Part shown: positions 15,590-22,783 of the stretch, in pieces | How the letters are laid out: each line of letters starts with the position of its first letter | Position numbering within the stretch: position 1 is the stretch's first letter | From: Ilumatobacteraceae bacterium | GTDB lineage: Bacteria > Actinomycetota > Acidimicrobiia > Acidimicrobiales > Ilumatobacteraceae | Reading direction: 5' to 3' | Length of the DNA stretch: 32,386 nt | NCBI GenBank assembly: GCA_049424465.1 | Contig: JBMSSR010000001.1 | Span: 1-32,386, forward strand | The notes under the pieces: generated by a model | What the model saw: the letters and a program-made list of their open reading frames with translations, nothing else | What the model was told of the DNA's origin: nothing | Databases searched by the model: none | Program-made: the position numbers and the translations under genes

Positions 15590-17131
15590 TCAGAGCGGCA
15601 CGTTGCCGTGCTTGCGGCGGGGCAGTTCTTCGCGCTTGGTGCGCAGCATGCGCAGGCCGGCCACGACCTTCTGGCGGGTCTCGGCCGGGTCGATGACATC
15701 GTCGACGTAGCCCCGCTCGGCCGCGTTGTACGGGTTGGCGTACTTGTCGGTGTACTCGGCGACGAGCTCGGCGCGGCGTGCGGCGGGATCGGCGGCCTGC
15801 TGCAGCTCGCGGCGGTAGACGATCTCGACCGCGCCCTGCGGGCCCATCACGGCGAGTTCGGCGGTGGGCCACGCGTAGGCGAGGTCGGCGCCGATGCTCT
15901 TGCTGTTCATGACGACGTACGCACCGCCGTATGCCTTGCGGGTGATGATCTGGATGCGCGGCACCGTGGCCTCGCAGAACGCGTACAGCAGCTTGGCGCC
16001 GTGGCGGATGATGCCGTTGTACTCCTGGTCGACGCCGGGCAGGAACCCCGGGACGTCGACGAACGTGACGAGCGGGATGTTGAACGCGTCGCACGTGCGC
16101 ACGAAGCGCGCCGCCTTCTCGCTGCTCTCGATGTCGAGCACGCCGGCCAGCACCATCGGCTGGTTGCCGACGATGCCGACGGTCTGCCCGTCGACGCGGC
16201 TGAACCCGCAGATGATGCTCTTCGCCCAGTGCGGGAAGTACTCGAAGAACTCGCCGTCGTCGACGACCGCGCGCACGACCTTCTTCATGTCGTACGGCTG
16301 GTTGGGGCTCGCCGGCAGGATGGTGCGCAGGTCCTCGCACAGCCGCTCGCCGTCGTCGTCGGTGGCGACCGCCGGTGCTTCCTCGAGGTTGTTGCTGGGG
16401 AGGAAGCTGAGCAGGAAGCGCACGTCGTCGAGACAACTCTTCTCGTCGTCGGACACGAACGTGGCCACGCCGCTCTTGCTGGCGTGGCTCATCGCGCCAC
16501 CGAGTTCCTCGAGCGTCACGTCCTCGCCGGTGACGGTCTTCACGACGTCGGGGCCGGTGATGAACATGTGGCTGGTCTCGCGCACCATGAAGATGAAGTC
16601 GGTCATCGCCGGGCTGTACACGGCGCCGCCGGCGCACGGGCCGAGGATGACCGAGATCTGCGGCACGACACCACTGGACAGCACGTTGCGGTAGAAGATG
16701 CCGCCGTAACTGGCGAGGCTGACGACACCCTCCTGGATGCGCGCGCCGGCCCCGTCGTTGAGGCCGACCACGGGTGCGCCCACCTTGAGGGCGAGGTCCA
16801 TCAGTTTGTGGATCTTCTCGGCGAACACCTCGCCGAGTGCCCCACCGAAGACGGTGAAGTCCTGGCTGAAGACGAACACCTTGCGGCCGTCGATGGTGCC
16901 CCACCCGGTGATGACACCGTCGGTGTACGGGCGCTCCTCGATGCCAGCGGCGTGCGCACGGTGGCGGGCGAGGAGGTCGAGCTCCTGGAACGAGCCCGGG
17001 TCGAGCAGGTACTCGATGCGCTCGCGGGCGAGCATCTTGCCCTTCTCGTGCTGGCGCTCGACGGCGCGCTGTGAACCGGCGTGGTACGCCTGCTCGCGGC
17101 GCTGCCGCAGGTCGTCGAGCTTGGAGGCCAT
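15590..17131 (-). CDS. pccB: acyl-CoA (propionyl-CoA) carboxylase beta subunit, carboxyltransferase
   Basis: Start at [13 protein letters not shown] (ATG 17131; alternative GTG 17146). Family-typical segments: [50 protein letters not shown]. Confidence 0.92.
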   Translation of the reverse strand: MASKLDDLRQRREQAYHAGSQRAVERQHEKGKMLARERIEYLLDPGSFQELDLLARHRAHAAGIEERPYTDGVITGWGTIDGRKVFVFSQDFTVFGGALGEVFAEKIHKLMDLALKVGAPVVGLNDGAGARIQEGVVSLASYGGIFYRNVLSSGVVPQISVILGPCAGGAVYSPAMTDFIFMVRETSHMFITGPDVVKTVTGEDVTLEELGGAMSHASKSGVATFVSDDEKSCLDDVRFLLSFLPSNNLEEAPAVATDDDGERLCEDLRTILPASPNQPYDMKKVVRAVVDDGEFFEYFPHWAKSIICGFSRVDGQTVGIVGNQPMVLAGVLDIESSEKAARFVRTCDAFNIPLVTFVDVPGFLPGVDQEYNGIIRHGAKLLYAFCEATVPRIQIITRKAYGGAYVVMNSKSIGADLAYAWPTAELAVMGPQGAVEIVYRRELQQAADPAARRAELVAEYTDKYANPYNAAERGYVDDVIDPAETRQKVVAGLRMLRTKREELPRRKHGNVPL

Positions 17132-17252
17132 GGGATCGCTGGTCACGGCGCCCCAACCTAGTCGGCCGGGGGCGCCGTCCCCGCCTGGCGGCACCTGTCG
17201 CCGGGCGTGTGATCGGTCCGTGCCGGACCCGCTCCACGGCGTGGGCCGACGC

Positions 17253-17993
17253 TCAGCCGAGGGCGAACACCACGCTGACCGACACCGACAGTTCCTGACT
17301 GCCCGACTCGATCGGGGTGGGGGCGCTGCCGCCGCCCTCGGTGTCGACCCTGCCGTAGATCGGGGGGCTCGAGACACTGGTCTCGCTGATCAAGAGCACG
17401 TCGCCCACCTCGACGCCAGCGGCTGCCGCGTACTGATCGGCACGCGCCCGGGCGTTCTCGATCGCATCGGTGCGGGCGCTGTCGAGCGCCGACTCGGTGT
17501 CGTCGACGGAGAAGCTGATGCCGCTGATGCTGATCGCCCCGCTCGCCGCACCCGCTGCTGCGTCGATCACCGCGCCGGCCTTGTCGATGTCGCGCACGGT
17601 CACCGTCACCATGTTCGACGCCGTGTACGACGACACCGTCGAGTCGCTCGAGTACATCGGGTACACGTACAGGCTGGTGGTGCGGATGTCGGCCTCGTCG
17701 ACGCCCTCGCCCTTCACCGCGGCGATCAGCGCGTCTGCCGCATCGTTGGCCTGCTGGAGGGCGACGTCGGCGGTCGCTGCCGTCACCTGCACGCCCACGG
17801 TGACGTCGGCCGTGTCGGGGCGCACGGTCACCGTGCCCTCGCCCGTCACCGACAGGGTCCTCGGCGCGCGGGCTGCGTCGTCGACGACCACGGTGTCGCC
17901 ATCGTGGTCGTCATCGGTGACCACCGTGACGGCGACCACCACTGCCGCAGCGAGTGCTGCACCGACCGCCGCTGACCAGAGTTCTCGTCGCAT
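17253..17993 (-). CDS. SIMPL (DUF541) domain-containing secreted protein
   Basis: Start at MRRELW (ATG 17993, AGAGGTG SD upstream). N-terminal TM/signal, then [23 protein letters not shown]...[17 protein letters not shown], typical of the SIMPL family. Confidence 0.78.
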   Translation of the reverse strand: MRRELWSAAVGAALAAAVVVAVTVVTDDDHDGDTVVVDDAARAPRTLSVTGEGTVTVRPDTADVTVGVQVTAATADVALQQANDAADALIAAVKGEGVDEADIRTTSLYVYPMYSSDSTVSSYTASNMVTVTVRDIDKAGAVIDAAAGAASGAISISGISFSVDDTESALDSARTDAIENARARADQYAAAAGVEVGDVLLISETSVSSPPIYGRVDTEGGGSAPTPIESGSQELSVSVSVVFALG

Positions 17994-18155
17994 GTTGCAC
18001 CTCTCGACCCGTGCCGTCGTGTGGTCGACGACCTCGCGAGGTCGATGGTTCCGCACGCGGGCCACGGCCACACGTGGCGGTCGGCCCTCGCTGTGCGGTC
18101 GGCTGCCGTGCTGGCGTCTGCCGATCGGCGGCCCGACCGTGTCGCGACGCGGCGA

Positions 18156-19994
18156 TCAGGGCGATGTGGTGCTGGTGGGTGTGGCGAGCTCGCTGCCGAC
18201 GAAGACATCGCTGCGCGCGACCTCGAGCGAGCCCAGCCTGACGACCACCGTCCACGTGCCGGACGACCCGAGCGAGAAGCCGTCGGTCTTCTCGAGCACG
18301 GCGGCGCCGGCACCGGTGAGCGGGATCGGGGCGATGCGCAACCCGTTGACGGTGCTGCCGGCGGGCGGCAGGAACTCGACCACCAGATCGGCCAGTTCGG
18401 TGGTGGGCGTGACCACCTCGATGCGCACGTCGTTCGCGCCGACCGTCTCGCTGAACGACACGACGATGTCGGCATTGAGCGTCGAGTTGACGAAGCGGTG
18501 AGGGGGACCGAGGTCGAGTGTGGGGCCCTCGCTGCGCACCAGGCCGGGGGGCGACAGCGCCATCAGCCACGAGGTCAGCGCCAGGACGACGAGACCGATG
18601 ATGGCCTCGATCGTGAGCGCTCGACGCAGGCGGAACACCATCGACTTCTTCACCCGCCGCGCGGTCGACAGCGCCTCGGCGACGAACTGCCGCGCCGCCA
18701 TCGCCACGAAGACCATCATCGCGACGACGATCGTCTTGACGATCAGCACCAGGCCGTGGCTGCTGCCGAGCTCGCCACGATCGAGGCGGAACAGCAGCAC
18801 CACACCCGAACCGACCGCCGCCCACAGCACGGGTGTCGACCATCGCGAGTACTGGCGCACCGCTGCCGTGGTCTCGTCGTCGCCGCGCCCGGCGAGCACG
18901 ACGCGCACCATGAGGGCGAGACCGCCGAACCAGAGCGAGACCGCCGCGGCGTGCACGATGCCGGCGAACCACTCGATCAACCCGAAGTCGGGTCGGTCGA
19001 AGCCCATCGTGACGATCGCGATCGCCGGCAGGCCGAGCGCCTGGAGGCGGAAGCTCGGGTCGATCGCGCGCTCGGGCCGGACGACGACCCACCCCGTCGC
19101 TGCAGTGAACGCGAGCCGCAGCAGCGCCGCCTTGCCGTGCGCGGTGTCGATGAGCGGGCCCCAGCCGGTGGGCGACATCGAGCTGGCGAGCGAGGCCTTG
19201 CCGATGTGCGCGGCGAGTGCGCCCGCGAAGAGCACCGTGCTGACGAGGGCAAGCGCGTAGACGGTGCGCAGGAAGCGCTGTGTCTCGAGCCAGTCGACCC
19301 CCGACGGCCAGCACGTGGCGAGCGTGACGATCGCACCGAAGAGCACGGCGACGAACAGGTTCGACATCCACCGGAACAGCCCGAGCGGCCCGGCAGGGTC
19401 GGACACCGTCTCGGTCTCGGCACCGTCGACGGTGCCGGTGGTCGGCTGACCTGCCACGGACGTGGGTGTGGTGGCGGTGGGGTCGACCGCCTGGCCGGGG
19501 ACGGTGGTCGTGGTGGTCGGGGCGGTGACCACGGTGTCGTTCGCGACGACGAACGTGTAGCTGCCGCTGCCGGCGGGCTGCAGGTTGGTGTCGGTGACGC
19601 GCCACACCACGTTGCACACCCCCTTGGGGATCGGCGCGGTGAGGGTGACCGACAGTGTCACCAGATCGGCGAGCACCAGCGGCTTGGGTGTGCTGATGAC
19701 AGCGGCCGGCTGGCCCTCGGCACCGCACGTGAGCGTGACGGTGTTGGTGGGACCGAGGGGGCTGGCGAAGGTGAGCACCAGCGTGGCCGGGGACACGTCG
19801 ATGGTCGTGTTGGGGGCCGGGGTCGCACTGGCGAGGCTGTTGTCGACCGCTGCTGCGGGGCTGGCGCCGAGCAGTGCCAGGGCGGCGCTGGCTGCGAACG
19901 TCGCCACGACCATGGTGGTCAGCGGGCGGCGGCGCCGACTGCCGGTGGTGGCAGGCGCGGCGCGGCGCAGGACGATCGACGGGAACACGGCCAT
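18156..19994 (-). CDS. CopC-CopD fusion copper-handling membrane protein with C-terminal YtkA/FixH-like beta domain
   Basis: RR-containing signal peptide. CopC-like beta domain: SLASATPAPNTTI...LTFASPL...VCNVVWRVTDTNLQPAGSGSYTFVV. Then a Thr/Pro linker, a polytopic CopD-like region, and a soluble C-terminal domain. Start is ATG 19994 (or TTG 20006). Confidence 0.78.
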   Translation of the reverse strand: MAVFPSIVLRRAAPATTGSRRRRPLTTMVVATFAASAALALLGASPAAAVDNSLASATPAPNTTIDVSPATLVLTFASPLGPTNTVTLTCGAEGQPAAVISTPKPLVLADLVTLSVTLTAPIPKGVCNVVWRVTDTNLQPAGSGSYTFVVANDTVVTAPTTTTTVPGQAVDPTATTPTSVAGQPTTGTVDGAETETVSDPAGPLGLFRWMSNLFVAVLFGAIVTLATCWPSGVDWLETQRFLRTVYALALVSTVLFAGALAAHIGKASLASSMSPTGWGPLIDTAHGKAALLRLAFTAATGWVVVRPERAIDPSFRLQALGLPAIAIVTMGFDRPDFGLIEWFAGIVHAAAVSLWFGGLALMVRVVLAGRGDDETTAAVRQYSRWSTPVLWAAVGSGVVLLFRLDRGELGSSHGLVLIVKTIVVAMMVFVAMAARQFVAEALSTARRVKKSMVFRLRRALTIEAIIGLVVLALTSWLMALSPPGLVRSEGPTLDLGPPHRFVNSTLNADIVVSFSETVGANDVRIEVVTPTTELADLVVEFLPPAGSTVNGLRIAPIPLTGAGAAVLEKTDGFSLGSSGTWTVVVRLGSLEVARSDVFVGSELATPTSTTSP

Positions 19995-20006
19995 GGTGGT
20001 GCTCAA

Positions 20007-20012
20007 ACGCTA
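20007..20012 (-). promoter_or_regulatory. -10 box TAGCGT upstream of copCD
   Basis: Minus strand: TAGCGT, then 12 nt, then ATG 19994 (a short leader). It abuts the TTG at 20006, which argues against that start. Confidence 0.3.
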
Positions 20013-20108
20013 CCCCGTCGGGGTCGATCGGGTCCCCCGTGCAGTGCCCGTCGGCCCGTCGGCGCGGGCTGCTCGGCCAGCGGTGGCAGGGCCGTCGTAC
20101 CCCGTGGG

Positions 20109-20114
20109 TAGAGT
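20109..20114 (+). promoter_or_regulatory. -10 box TAGAGT upstream of dnaX
   Basis: TAGAGT, then 7 nt, then ATG 20122. No SD. Confidence 0.45.
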
Positions 20115-20121
20115 CGCACCG

Positions 20122-21891
20122 ATGGCCACCCAGTCGCTGTACCGCCGCTATCGACCCCGCCGGTTCAGCGAGGTCAAGGGCCAGGAACACGTGGTTCGCG
20201 CCCTGCGCAATGCGGTCATCAACCATCGCGAGGGGCAGGCCTACCTGTTCTCGGGCCCCCGCGGCACGGGCAAGACCACGTCGGCCCGCATCCTCGCCAA
20301 GGTGCTCAACTGCGAGCGCCCGGTCGACGGCGAGCCGTGCTGCGAGTGCGACTCGTGCCTGTCGGTCGAGCGTGGCACCAGTTACGACGTGCACGAGCTC
20401 GACGCGGCCAGCAACAACGGCGTCGATGCCATTCGCGACATCATCGACAAGGCGTCACTCGGCACGCCGGGACGCCACAAGGTGTACATCCTCGACGAGG
20501 TGCACATGCTCTCGAAGGGCGCAGAGGCCGCCCTGCTGAAGACGCTCGAGGAGCCACCGCCGCACGTCGTGTTCGTGCTGGCCACCACCGATCCGCAGAA
20601 GGTCTCCGAGACCATCCGCAGCCGCACGCAGCACCTGCAGTTCCACCTGCTCCCGATGGACGTCATGGAGGACCACGTGCGGTGGCTCGCCGCCGACGCC
20701 GGCATCGACATCGGTGACGACGCCATCCAGTCCGTGCTCCGCCAGGGCGGTGGCTCGGCACGCGACACCATCTCGGCGCTCGAGCTCGTGGCGTCGGGTG
20801 GTGGCGAGCCGCTCGACATCACGCCGCTCGACGAGTTCGTCGAGGCGTTCATCGCCCACGACACCGGTCGGGCGCTGTCGGCCGTTGCGCACTCGGTGCA
20901 GCGTGGGCTCGGTCCGCGCACGCTGGCCGAGGACGTGGTGCGCCACCTGCGCGACTGCTTCCTCGCGATCATGGCGCCCGAACTGGTGCAGCTGCCGGCC
21001 CAGCGTGCCGACGAGGTCGCTGCACTCGCGCAGCGCCTCGGTGCGGGTGGCATCGTGCGCGCGATGGAACGTCTCGGCGAGGTGCTCGTCGAGATGCGCC
21101 ACGCCCCCGACCCGCGCGTGCTGCTCGAGGTCGCGCTCGTCCAGCTCACGCACGAGGCATCCAGCGTCGACATCGGTGTCCTGCTCGAGCGCATCGAGCG
21201 TCTCGAGCACCAGGTCGCCCAGGGCGCGGCTGCCGCACCGGCGTCCCGCCCGGTGGCGATCGACCCCGCCACGGGCCGCGCCATGCTCGGCGGCCGGGCC
21301 CGACGCGAGTCGCCTGCGGCCAGCGGTGCACCCGCACCGGCATCCATACCGGCCGCAGCGTCCGAGAGCCCGGCACCACCGCCGGCTCCGGCGCCCAGTG
21401 CCCCGGCCGCGTCGAGCGCACCGCGCAGCGGCGAGGCGTCGAGTGCCGACATCGCGTCTGCTGCTGCGGCGTGGCACGGCGAGCTGCTGCCCAACCTGAA
21501 GGGCATGGCCCGGGCGATGTTCTCGCCGCTGCGCGTCCTCGGCGAGCGCGACGGCGCGCTCGCCTTCGCGGTCTCGCGCGAGTCGGTGCGCGACAAGTGC
21601 GCCAAGCACCTTCCCGAGCTGCAGGCAGTCATCGCCGACAAACTGGGCGTGCAGATGCGTGTCTCACTCGTCGTCACCGGCGAGCCCGATCACGAGCTCG
21701 ACAATTCCGCACCGATACCGCGGCCGCCCGAGGCGCGCCGACCCGAGGCCCCGCCGCCGGTCGAGATCATCGAGGACGACGACATCGACGTCACTGCGCT
21801 CGAGGACGTGCCGCCCGAGGCGGTGCAGACACCCGAGGCGATGCTGCAGGACCTCTTCCCCGGCTCGAGCATGATCGAGGAGCAGCGCTGA
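20122..21891 (+). CDS. dnaX: DNA polymerase III subunit gamma/tau
   Basis: [24 protein letters not shown]..., Walker [10 protein letters not shown], Walker B ILDEVHML, Cys cluster CCECDSC, SRTQ sensor motif. TAGAGT box 7 nt upstream of the ATG. Confidence 0.95.
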   Translation: MATQSLYRRYRPRRFSEVKGQEHVVRALRNAVINHREGQAYLFSGPRGTGKTTSARILAKVLNCERPVDGEPCCECDSCLSVERGTSYDVHELDAASNNGVDAIRDIIDKASLGTPGRHKVYILDEVHMLSKGAEAALLKTLEEPPPHVVFVLATTDPQKVSETIRSRTQHLQFHLLPMDVMEDHVRWLAADAGIDIGDDAIQSVLRQGGGSARDTISALELVASGGGEPLDITPLDEFVEAFIAHDTGRALSAVAHSVQRGLGPRTLAEDVVRHLRDCFLAIMAPELVQLPAQRADEVAALAQRLGAGGIVRAMERLGEVLVEMRHAPDPRVLLEVALVQLTHEASSVDIGVLLERIERLEHQVAQGAAAAPASRPVAIDPATGRAMLGGRARRESPAASGAPAPASIPAAASESPAPPPAPAPSAPAASSAPRSGEASSADIASAAAAWHGELLPNLKGMARAMFSPLRVLGERDGALAFAVSRESVRDKCAKHLPELQAVIADKLGVQMRVSLVVTGEPDHELDNSAPIPRPPEARRPEAPPPVEIIEDDDIDVTALEDVPPEAVQTPEAMLQDLFPGSSMIEEQR

Positions 21892-21892
21892 C

Positions 21893-22498
21893 GTGGCGGT
21901 GTACACCCAGCCGGTGCAGGCGCTGATCGACGAACTCGGTCGGCTGCCGGGCATCGGTCCCAAGTCGGCACAGCGCATCGCCTTCCACCTGCTCAAGGTG
22001 CCTGCCGACGACGTGGCGCGACTGGCGATGGCGATCGCCGAGGCGAAGGCCAAGGTGCGGTTCTGCGACCGTTGCTGGAACGTGGCCGAGGCCGAGCTGT
22101 GCCCCATCTGCGCCGACGAGCGTCGCGACCCGACGGTGCTGTGCGTGGTCGAGGAATCGCGCGACATCATCGCCATCGAGAAGACGGGCGAGTTCCGCGG
22201 TCGCTACCACGTGCTCCTCGGCGCGATGAGCCCGCTCGAGGGCATCGGTCCCGAGCAGTTGAAGATGAAGGAACTCTTCACCCGCCTCGAGCCTGAGGGC
22301 GTGCAGGAGGTCATCTTGTGCACCAACCCCAATACCGAGGGCGAGGTCACGGCGATGTACCTGGCGCGCATGCTCACCCCGTTCGGGGTGAAGGTCACCC
22401 GTATCGCCAGCGGGCTGCCGGTGGGTGGCGACCTCGAGTACGCCGACGAACTCACCCTCGGCCGCGCCCTCGAGGGCCGGCGCGAGATCACCGGCTGA
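21893..22498 (+). CDS. recR: recombination protein RecR
   Basis: HhH motif [18 protein letters not shown]4 zinc finger [16 protein letters not shown], Toprim region. GTG start 1 nt after the dnaX stop. Confidence 0.95.
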   Translation: MAVYTQPVQALIDELGRLPGIGPKSAQRIAFHLLKVPADDVARLAMAIAEAKAKVRFCDRCWNVAEAELCPICADERRDPTVLCVVEESRDIIAIEKTGEFRGRYHVLLGAMSPLEGIGPEQLKMKELFTRLEPEGVQEVILCTNPNTEGEVTAMYLARMLTPFGVKVTRIASGLPVGGDLEYADELTLGRALEGRREITG

Positions 22499-22559
22499 CG
22501 CACCACCCAGCGGCGGCGTCACCGACCGGGCTCGAGCACGCCAGCGCAGGCAGGTACCG

Positions 22560-22672
22560 AAATGGACTGGGGCACCACCCCCATGTCTGGTGCGGGCGTA
22601 TGGGCCAGACACGGGGGCGGTGCCCCAGATTCGGACGTGGTGCCGGGAGGTCGCACCACGTCGTGAATGTTT
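22560..22672 (-). ncRNA. candidate promoter-driven structured small RNA (unclassified; two hairpins)
   Basis: Minus-strand transcript predicted from the TTGACA-17-TAATGT promoter. Hairpin A has a perfect 10-bp stem (22662-22653 / 22643-22634) with loop GACCUCCCG. Hairpin B has a 22-bp stem (22626-22605 / 22590-22569) that is fully paired on the minus strand only (two G.U pairs). A tail AGUCCAUUU follows, and there is no credible ORF. The ends are approximate. Confidence 0.4.
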
Positions 22673-22674
22673 CA

Positions 22675-22693
22675 GTCACATTACAAATGTGAC
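22675..22693. promoter_or_regulatory. perfect inverted repeat GTCACATT-ACA-AATGTGAC overlapping the -10 box (candidate operator)
   Basis: 8-bp arms at 22675-22682 and 22686-22693 with a 3-nt centre. It covers the spacer, the -10 and positions up to about +1 of the minus-strand promoter. Confidence 0.45.
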
Positions 22694-22706
22694 GAACACG
22701 TGTCAA
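22678..22706 (-). promoter_or_regulatory. near-consensus housekeeping-sigma promoter (TTGACA - 17 nt - TAATGT)
   Basis: Minus strand: TTGACA at 22706-22701, a 17-nt spacer, TAATGT at 22683-22678. It sits in the AT-rich island between two convergent gene ends. Confidence 0.5.
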
Positions 22707-22783
22707 GCATTTCCTTCTCCGCCGTCGGCGTGCGGCCCGCCCACAGGGACCGTGACGGGGGCTCCGCCTGCGGGTCGGGGGTG

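Noticed and set aside
15390-17237. 615-aa minus-strand ORF overlapping pccB
   Set aside because: It is out of frame with the clear carboxyltransferase sequence. Only its last 63 codons (15390-15581), downstream of the pccB stop, look genuine, and I annotated those as the epsilon subunit.
18120-18129. 10-bp palindrome GCCGATCGGC after the copCD stop, as a terminator or operator
   Set aside because: It is short and loop-less, and is built around CGATCG, which is common in GC-rich genomes. It is not distinguishable from chance without genome-wide counts.
20007-20121. Expected SRP (4.5S/ffs) RNA upstream of dnaX
   Set aside because: I scanned both strands by eye and found no GNAR tetraloop (GGAA) flanked by the conserved domain IV motifs (AGGUCAGG... 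/ ...AGCAGCC). The segment is better explained by divergent copCD and dnaX promoters. A covariance-model search would be decisive.
20122-21891. Programmed -1 frameshift site in dnaX (gamma/tau), as in E. coli
   Set aside because: No A-rich slippery heptamer (A AAA AAG type) or any A-run longer than three is visible in the gene.
22673-22693. CRP/GlxR-type binding site
   Set aside because: The half-sites occur as TCACA-N7-TGTGA (everted), not TGTGA-N6-TCACA, on either strand, and the spacing is also off.
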